The notes under the pieces are model-generated. The model was not told the DNA's origin. It made no database searches and worked only from the letters and a program-made list of their open reading frames with translations. Positions 23,892 through 30,388 of a stretch of DNA of 30,388 nucleotides are shown piece by piece. The stretch is from Fimbriiglobus sp. (lineage in GTDB: Bacteria > Planctomycetota > Planctomycetia > Gemmatales > Gemmataceae): NCBI GenBank assembly GCA_043785105.1, contig JAYVXO010000231.1, positions 1 through 30,388 of the forward strand. Reading direction: 5' to 3'. The translations under genes were made by a program, and so were the position numbers. Numbering within the stretch: the stretch's first letter is position 1; each line of letters opens with the position of its first letter.

Positions 23892-24806
23892 ATGGATACA
23901 ACAAAATCACAGTTGCTGGCCTACGCGCAACTCGTGCGACTCCCAAACGTGTTCACCGCGTCCGCCGATATTTGTCTGGCGGGTGCTGTCACCGGATTGA
24001 TAACTAGCAACACCATCGCATTCCTGATTGCAATACTTGCATCGGGAAGTCTCTACTTGGGTGGTATGGTTTGGAATGACGTGTTTGACCGCAACGAAGA
24101 CGCGAAAACTCAACGATTCCGCCCTATCCCGAGTGGTCGCGTTGGCGTAAAACAAGCCCTGATTCTGGGCGTTTTGTTAATGGTTGCGGGATGCGGCTTC
24201 GCCTTTCTCGCAACACAAAGTAGTAACTACTCCGGTCAGTTCCTACAACCGATGGCTATCATCGCCGCTTTGGTTGTTGCAATTTTACTGTACAACTATT
24301 GGCTCAAGCACACGCCGTTCGGCCCGGTCGCAATGGGGAGTTGTCGTAGCCTGAACGTACTATTTGGGTTGTCGTTGACAGGAAACGTACCCGATGAATT
24401 ATTCCTCCATATCCCAGCAATCATCGGCGTCTATATTATTGGTGTCACCTGGTTTGCACGGACGGAAGAAACACATAGCCAACGGCGCCAATTGATGTTG
24501 GCAACAGGTGTCATCTTGGCAGCGATTCTGGGTGGACTCTCACTGACTGCCTACACCGAAGTTGTCAGTTTTCGCCCATACCCCTATTTGATTGCCATAT
24601 TCGGGTTTATCATCGGGATGCCAATCGCCAAGGCGATACAACAACCCGAACCGAAGCACGTGCAGGCTGCCGTAAAACGTTGCATACTGGGGTTAATTGT
24701 GTTTGATGCGGTGTTAGCAACAGCGTTCGTCGGGTGGCCAGGGTTATTGATTTTGCCCCTCCTGGTACCGGCTATCGGGATTGGCCGATGGGTCTATTCC
24801 ACATGA
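23892..24806 (+). CDS. UbiA-superfamily prenyltransferase-like membrane protein
   Basis: About 8 TM helices. The first Asp-rich motif is WNDVFDRNEDA (NxxxDxxxD), and RLPNVFTA lies at the N-terminus. The start is either ATG 23892 or GTG 23883, which overlaps the DUF58 stop (GTGA). Confidence 0.82.
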   Translation: MDTTKSQLLAYAQLVRLPNVFTASADICLAGAVTGLITSNTIAFLIAILASGSLYLGGMVWNDVFDRNEDAKTQRFRPIPSGRVGVKQALILGVLLMVAGCGFAFLATQSSNYSGQFLQPMAIIAALVVAILLYNYWLKHTPFGPVAMGSCRSLNVLFGLSLTGNVPDELFLHIPAIIGVYIIGVTWFARTEETHSQRRQLMLATGVILAAILGGLSLTAYTEVVSFRPYPYLIAIFGFIIGMPIAKAIQQPEPKHVQAAVKRCILGLIVFDAVLATAFVGWPGLLILPLLVPAIGIGRWVYST

Positions 24807-24836
24807 TGATTTAATGTACTTTAACCGAGGTAACAG

Positions 24837-26537
24837 ATGATGCGATTGATCTTGATCGGCGGATTTGTAATGACTCTGCTACTCAGTCATAACGGTGTTG
24901 CAATGGCTGATGTCGTGACGACTGCGAAAGCGGCCAAGTTCGTTGCCAAGCATGAAGCCAAGTTTCGCACCTTGGACGTGATTGCCGGCAAAGCGTGGTG
25001 GGACGCGAACACGACGGGAAAGGATGCGGATTTCAAGAAAAAGGAAGACGCTCAAAACCAGATTGATGCCGCACTCGCGGACAAGATTGTGTTTGCAGAA
25101 TTGAAGTTGCTGAAAGCCGCAAAAGATAAGGGTGCGATTGATGATAAACTCATCGCACGTGCCGTTGACGTGTTGTATTTTCTGTATCTGGAGAAGCAGG
25201 TTGATCCGGAATTACTGAAGAAAATCACAGCCAAAGCGAACGCCGTCGAGCAAAAGTTTAACGTGTATCGCGCAACAGTTGATAACAGTGAGATGCGGGA
25301 TAGCCAGGTGCGAGATGTGTTGAAAAACAGCATGGATTCTGGACAACGCAAGAAGGTTTGGGAGGCAAGCAAGGGCGTCGGGGCCTCGGTGGAAGTGGAT
25401 TTGAAGGAATTGGTGAAGCTGAGAAACCAAGCCGCCACGGAACTTGGGTTTAAGAATTTCCATGCCATGACGTTGTTTCTGAATGAACAAGATGGCACCG
25501 AGTTAATTCAACTGTTCGACGATTTGGACCAACTCACCCGAGAGCCGTTCCTGAATGCGAAGTCGGAGATTGATGAAAAACTAGCCAAGATGTACAACGT
25601 GAAATCCACGGAGTTGATGCCGTGGCATTATCACGACCCGTTCTTCCAAGAATCCCCTGCCGTGTTTGATGTTGATCTCGATGCCCCATTCCGCACGTCA
25701 GATATTCTGCAATTGTGCCGTAAGTTTTATGCGGGAATCGGCTTGCCGATTGATGACGTGATTGCGAGAAGCGACTTGTATGAGAAAAGTGGCAAATCGC
25801 CCCACGCATTTTGCACGGACATCGACCGCGAAGGTGATGTGCGGGTGCTAGCCAACATCGTCGCCAATGAATATTGGATGGGGACGATGCTTCACGAACT
25901 CGGCCACGCGGTCTATAGCAGCAAGAACATGTCGCCACAGTTAACCTACGTGCTGCGTGCGGAAGCCCATATTTTGACGACCGAAGGCGTGGCGATGCAG
26001 TTTGAACGGTTCAGCAAGTCGCGTGCTTGGCTTGAGAAAATGAACGTCAAAGTTGATAAGCCCGAAGCGTTTGATGTGGCTGCCAAAAAAGTGCAACGCA
26101 ATCAGTTGTTGATCTTCAGCCGGTGGTGCCAAGTGATGTTGCGGTTCGAGAAGGAGATGTATGAAAACCCGGATCAAGACCTCAATGCAACGTGGTGGGG
26201 GTTAGTAGAGAAATACCAAGGCATGAAGAAGCCACAAGGCCGCAACGCACCGGACTATGGTAGCAAGATCCATATTTGTAGCGCACCCGTTTATTATCAC
26301 AACTACATGATGGGCCAACTCTTCGCGTCGCAGGTCCACCATACGATTGCCAAAGAGCTTTACGACAACAGTGATCCCGGCACAGTTCTTTACATCGGCG
26401 ACAAGAAAGTCGGCGAGTTCATGAAGAAGAAAGTGTTCGAGCCGGGGCGTACCTTGACCTGGAAAGAGTTGACGAAATTCGCCACCGGCGAACCGCTCAG
26501 CCCGAAGGCATTTGCCAAAGATTTCCAAGCGAAATAG
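24837..26537 (+). CDS. secreted gluzincin metallopeptidase, M2 (ACE-like)/M3-like fold
   Basis: Has a signal peptide (MMRLILIGGFVMTLLLSHNGVAMA) and the zinc site MLHELGHAVY. A downstream glutamate sits in LRAEAHILTTEGVAM, which parallels the ACE LREGANPGFHEAIGD segment. The N-terminal AKFV...AWWDANTT resembles the ACE N-terminus. The CDS itself is secure, but the family assignment is less so. Confidence 0.85.
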   Translation: MMRLILIGGFVMTLLLSHNGVAMADVVTTAKAAKFVAKHEAKFRTLDVIAGKAWWDANTTGKDADFKKKEDAQNQIDAALADKIVFAELKLLKAAKDKGAIDDKLIARAVDVLYFLYLEKQVDPELLKKITAKANAVEQKFNVYRATVDNSEMRDSQVRDVLKNSMDSGQRKKVWEASKGVGASVEVDLKELVKLRNQAATELGFKNFHAMTLFLNEQDGTELIQLFDDLDQLTREPFLNAKSEIDEKLAKMYNVKSTELMPWHYHDPFFQESPAVFDVDLDAPFRTSDILQLCRKFYAGIGLPIDDVIARSDLYEKSGKSPHAFCTDIDREGDVRVLANIVANEYWMGTMLHELGHAVYSSKNMSPQLTYVLRAEAHILTTEGVAMQFERFSKSRAWLEKMNVKVDKPEAFDVAAKKVQRNQLLIFSRWCQVMLRFEKEMYENPDQDLNATWWGLVEKYQGMKKPQGRNAPDYGSKIHICSAPVYYHNYMMGQLFASQVHHTIAKELYDNSDPGTVLYIGDKKVGEFMKKKVFEPGRTLTWKELTKFATGEPLSPKAFAKDFQAK

Positions 26538-26542
26538 CCTGA

Positions 26543-29500
26543 TTATGCCACTTTCGCCAGGATTGCGCCTTCACCGTTTCGTAACGTCACTTGCCGAACG
26601 GGTTGCCCGAGCGACCCGTCGGCCCGGACCGGCCGGTACCAGCCGTCGAGCCGGTGTGTCGTACCGGTATTGTCATTTGTGGTGCCGGTCTGTCCGCGTG
26701 TGTAGGACACTGGCTTATAAAGTACCAACGCATTGGCATAGTCGCGTTGATAGACCTTATACGTCAGTGCCGAGTTGGCAGGGTCGGTGCCCGTTGCGAA
26801 CTGTGATTGCGTTGTGCGGGGTTTGCCAATGTCAAATGTGATGGCGTCAATGTAATGTCGTTTCCATGACGACGCCGGTTCATTGCCGCCGTTCACCATC
26901 AAGTACGAAAGATTGGCATCGGCCAGCGAATAGTACATCGCTAACGTTGCGAGTTGCATCCGCGGGTCGTTCGCATCAATACTGCCAGTCGGCAAGCTAT
27001 CGAGTATTTCATAGGCTTTGCCGCCCGATATTTGCCGCCGGTACGCCAACGTTGCCGCCAAATCGTCGTACTGCACGTGGTTCGCCGACATCGGACGTAA
27101 TGCAAATTCTTCGAGATAAGATACGCCATTTTGTATGATAGGTTCTGCCGTTGTGTTACCACCTGCCGTGTTGGCAATCAACCATTTGCCTTTGCTCATC
27201 AATTTCTTGTTGATGGACCCCAAAAGCGACCCATAGTCTGTGGAATAGCTATCAAGCGATTCCCTGACACCAGTCGTATCAACACTCAGCCGCCCAACAG
27301 AATTGTCCACAAAGAAGCCGGTTGCCAGTGGTTGCGACGCCAAGAAACGCACGTGGTAGTCTGCCGCCCAGTTGCGGAAGTTGGCGTCGGAAACATTGGT
27401 TGCGAACCGCATCGGACCGTAATTCGGGTAGAATAGGCGGCTTTCGTAGACAAACCGGGCGTCGTATCCTGATCGCCGTTTGGCATACTCGGCGTTGTTC
27501 AAGTAACCATCGTGGTCCGTGTCCGCTTGGGCGTCAAACGCGGGGATGGCGCTCCCTTTGGTGTACTCGCGCCCCAATATCGTGGTCACACTCGGCGCCG
27601 TGCCAGCACCCGTCGTTTTGACCCGGACGTAGTAAAGCTTCGCACTGCCACTGATCGTTGCGGGAACCCAATCCCGTGGCGGATCGAACGTGAGTTGGCC
27701 GTCGCGTTTCATGCCGTTTGTCGTATCGGTGAGCGTGTTGAGCGTGCTCCAACGGGTCGGGCGACCTTGGCTATCGACGGCGGAGACGTACTCCAATTGG
27801 GATGTCCAGCCACTGCCAGCGGCCGTCTGAATGTCCACGTTGAGTTCACGGAATTTTTCCACGTAGCCCACCGCAACGGAACTCCCACGGTCGGCGAACG
27901 TGATCGAATTCCCGGTGTGCTGCGAATCCCGCGTGAGGTTCTCCCAACTCGTGTCCGTCCCACGGTAGATGCCCCAAAACCGATTCACCGGCACAGCCGA
28001 CGCGCTCATCCCGTTGTACGTCGTGGCTTTGTTGACGTGATAGAACGCGGCCTCCCGGTCCACGCGGTTTTGGTCGGCGTAAGCATTCCAGTCCGTGATA
28101 AGCCCCAGATAGATGTTCGAGACGTTCGTGTAGACAAACTGTGGCGTGCTGGGGTTGATCGCCGCGATGTCGTCAAGATACGTTAAGTTCGGTATGACCA
28201 GATCGACGCTATTTCGCAACAGGCTTTGTGTCGCGGTATCCAGTGGCGTGCCGTAGTACGCGAGATTGGCGAGGCGAATCCAGGAGTAGTTTCGCTTCAC
28301 GATCGGTAAAGCGGGATTCGTTGGCGTCGGCGCCGGTGGCGGAACGATCGGCACCGTCGGCGGTACGGTCGTGCCGGGTAAGTCTTCGCCGGGCGGTTTC
28401 ACAGTGCTGAGCTTGTCCGCTTCAGTCGGAATCGTGCCGGGTGCGGAGGCGCGGTCGGGTGCCGTCGTCACGATGAAGTTGTCGAACACCAGTTGCCCAG
28501 CGTACCCAGTGCCACGTTCCAGCCCGACCGTCCCGCCGGACCGAATCACGTTGTCACGCTGTTTCATTGCCCAACTGGGCGCTAACCCCCAGGTTCCGTC
28601 GGCGTTCAAGTATTGCCCCGTATCGGAACGGTAGATTTGCACCCGCAGTTGATCGCCGTTGAGCACCAGCGAGGCTTGCACCCACAACCCGCTGAGCCAT
28701 TCTTTGGACCGGATGGTGGCAATGACGGTGCTGACACCGTTCACCACACGACTCAGTTTCACTTCCAGACCGCGACTGACGGTGAGGCTGTAATAGGTTT
28801 CGCGCGTCGTGTTCGCATTCGATCCACGGGCGAAAACACCAGCGGGGATGAGGCTATCGACGTAAATTGATGTCGAAATTTGCGCATCGGCTGGGATGGA
28901 TTTGTTCAACCAAGCGCGAGCTTCGGTGGCACTCCCCGCATCCAGTCGAAGTGTTTCATCGGCGACGGTGTTGAACGTCGCGGCGCCGGCCTGCGTCCAT
29001 TGGGACCAACCGCGTGGCAAGCCAATGGCGGGGTGACTAAAGCGTTCTTCGGTGATAGGCGTCGCTTGTGGCACATTGGCGGGTCCAACCCGCAGGCTGT
29101 CGATGGCGATTTGCCCTGCTGATTGTCCGCCACGTGAAAAGCCGACGTTTCCGGCGCCCTTGATGCTCCGGTCGGTGACTTCAATCGCTGCCGTCGGCTG
29201 GCGAGTCCACTTGCCATCGCTACCGAGAAATTGGTTGGTGTCACCAAGGTGGAATGACACCCGCAGTTTATCGCCGTCCGCCTTGATCGTAATCATCGCC
29301 CAGCGATTGCTGATGTAGTCCGGGGTTTTCACGCGACCCAGGACAGTCGTCTTGCCATCCACCACTTTGACCAGTTGAACTTCCGCCCCGCGAACCACGT
29401 TGACTGCGTAATACGACGGCGTGGCGGTGTTGAGTCCATAACCGCGAACGAAAAGTTGAACCGGAACGGTCGTGTTCAGATAAACCGCCGCAGATGTCTC

Positions 29501-29779
29501 AACGTCCGCCGCGAACGGCGCCGACAGCCAAGCCCGCCCGTTGACATCACTGTTCGCATTCGAGACCAGCCGCCCCTGATCCCCCAACCCGGCGTTGACA
29601 GTGTCAACGCTGAAGCCAGCCGTTTTGTCGCTACTCCACTGGGTCCACCCTTGCGGCAGGCCGTTCGCGGCACTGTGCTGGAACGATTCCACCACCCAAG
29701 GCGTACCCGCCGGAACCTCTCGTGGTTCGAGAGTTTCCAAGGATAATGGCAGCACGTGGGGTTCTTGCGGGTCGGTCAT
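26543..29779 (-). CDS. large multidomain protein: two tandem ConA/LamG-like modules, a Pro-rich linker, and a C-terminal domain of about 590 aa and unknown (possibly glycosidase-like) function
   Basis: The long ORF is clearly protein-like. There are two homologous modules of about 190 aa (GLPQGWTQWS...IAIDSLRVGP and GLPRGWSQWT...LVFDNFIVT), followed by the linker PPTVPIVPPPAPTPTNP. The N-terminus carries a planctomycete-style LSLETLEPREVPAG motif. ATG 29779 is preferred over the non-ATG track start 29812. Confidence 0.85.
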   Translation of the reverse strand: MTDPQEPHVLPLSLETLEPREVPAGTPWVVESFQHSAANGLPQGWTQWSSDKTAGFSVDTVNAGLGDQGRLVSNANSDVNGRAWLSAPFAADVETSAAVYLNTTVPVQLFVRGYGLNTATPSYYAVNVVRGAEVQLVKVVDGKTTVLGRVKTPDYISNRWAMITIKADGDKLRVSFHLGDTNQFLGSDGKWTRQPTAAIEVTDRSIKGAGNVGFSRGGQSAGQIAIDSLRVGPANVPQATPITEERFSHPAIGLPRGWSQWTQAGAATFNTVADETLRLDAGSATEARAWLNKSIPADAQISTSIYVDSLIPAGVFARGSNANTTRETYYSLTVSRGLEVKLSRVVNGVSTVIATIRSKEWLSGLWVQASLVLNGDQLRVQIYRSDTGQYLNADGTWGLAPSWAMKQRDNVIRSGGTVGLERGTGYAGQLVFDNFIVTTAPDRASAPGTIPTEADKLSTVKPPGEDLPGTTVPPTVPIVPPPAPTPTNPALPIVKRNYSWIRLANLAYYGTPLDTATQSLLRNSVDLVIPNLTYLDDIAAINPSTPQFVYTNVSNIYLGLITDWNAYADQNRVDREAAFYHVNKATTYNGMSASAVPVNRFWGIYRGTDTSWENLTRDSQHTGNSITFADRGSSVAVGYVEKFRELNVDIQTAAGSGWTSQLEYVSAVDSQGRPTRWSTLNTLTDTTNGMKRDGQLTFDPPRDWVPATISGSAKLYYVRVKTTGAGTAPSVTTILGREYTKGSAIPAFDAQADTDHDGYLNNAEYAKRRSGYDARFVYESRLFYPNYGPMRFATNVSDANFRNWAADYHVRFLASQPLATGFFVDNSVGRLSVDTTGVRESLDSYSTDYGSLLGSINKKLMSKGKWLIANTAGGNTTAEPIIQNGVSYLEEFALRPMSANHVQYDDLAATLAYRRQISGGKAYEILDSLPTGSIDANDPRMQLATLAMYYSLADANLSYLMVNGGNEPASSWKRHYIDAITFDIGKPRTTQSQFATGTDPANSALTYKVYQRDYANALVLYKPVSYTRGQTGTTNDNTGTTHRLDGWYRPVRADGSLGQPVRQVTLRNGEGAILAKVA

Positions 29780-30142
29780 GGGGGCAGACCTTCCGTGGTC
29801 GTATCTTGTCAAAGGCCGTCACGAGACCGCGTCGGCACTCTCGCCGGGGCGAACGATACCCGCAAGAACTGTGCTGTCAACAGGATTTGTCCGAGATTAA
29901 GCAGAGCCGTTCCGTGTTTCCCATTCTGGCAGGTCGCCGTCGAGGCTTCGAGACGCGACACTCACCCATTTCCGGAGAAGCCCGTTTTTCGATTGACACC
30001 GGAGCAACCGTGCAAGACGATTGTTGAACCAATCCATCACCAACCGATGGCATTGGGTTTTGTCAGAGTACGACAGATCGGTCCTAAAATGGGCAGGGCG
30101 GGTTGTGTCGAATTCCTGTTAGGCCCAGATGTGGAGGTTGTT

Positions 30143-30388
30143 ATGCGATGGTTTTCGGCAGTTGCGTTGGTTGTCAGCCTGATTGCCCTCGGCGTCTCGA
30201 CTTGGACGTGGCAGGAGGCCGACGCACGAGCCGACGCTGCCCTCCAACGGCGGGAAAAGGCAATTGTTGACAAGTACCGTCCGGCGATCGTCAATATGTG
30301 CCGGGAGTTCGGCGTCCAGGGTCCACCTGAGAATGTGCAGACACTCGACGAGTTACTGCCCGCCGTCGAGGGATTGTTATCCAATTAG
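30143..30388 (+). CDS. small membrane-anchored hypothetical protein (81 aa)
   Basis: A GGAGG RBS (30133-30137) lies 5 nt upstream of ATG 30143. The product is MRWFSAVALVVSLIALGVSTWTW (TM helix) followed by a soluble tail, and the stop is at the window end. The upstream part of track ORF 29756.. is Arg-rich and not protein-like. Confidence 0.55.
   Translation: MRWFSAVALVVSLIALGVSTWTWQEADARADAALQRREKAIVDKYRPAIVNMCREFGVQGPPENVQTLDELLPAVEGLLSN

Noticed and set aside
1-30388. Search by eye for tRNA, rRNA, tmRNA, riboswitch-like leaders, transposase/integrase genes, reverse transcriptases, and known defence operons such as CBASS, RM or Thoeris
   Set aside because: Nothing convincing was found. 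The intergenic regions upstream of thrC, nadA and psuG are short or lack recognisable conserved riboswitch cores. A covariance-model scan (tRNAscan, Rfam) would be needed to exclude small RNAs.

Overview
This is a high-GC bacterial chromosome segment. My hand counts of a few 60-nt blocks give about 57-65% GC in most genes. The gene content points to Planctomycetota, probably a Gemmataceae-like genome (inference): a DUF1549/DUF1553 + DUF1501 pair, a membrane Ser/Thr kinase with a planctomycete-type N-terminus, MoxR-DUF58, and a large protein starting with an LE..LE.R..P motif. I support about 27 protein-coding genes. Most are housekeeping or salvage genes: thrC, psuG, nadA, Fe/Mn SOD, a purine nucleoside phosphorylase, DinB, TauE and an ABC-2 permease. 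Accessory items include an HTH(excisionase-type)/PIN toxin-antitoxin pair, an Uma2 endonuclease with a 7 x 21-nt coding tandem repeat, a GxxExxY PD-(D/E)XK gene, and a lower-GC UbiA + M2-like peptidase block. I saw no rRNA, tRNA, CRISPR array, transposase or integrase, and no recognisable classical defence operon. The most unusual signal is non-coding. Six intergenic gaps carry long hairpin-forming palindromic elements, each built from 8-10-nt periodic YACGRA units mirrored across an A/T-rich spacer. The two arms of each element match each other (31/31 bp and 36/36 bp in the best cases), but the elements differ in sequence from one another. Two near-identical copies bracket the GxxExxY nuclease-like gene, and this roughly 780-bp unit sits between MoxR and DUF58, which are normally adjacent. 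Whether this element family is already described cannot be decided from the window. All family calls come from motif recognition by eye, not from searches.
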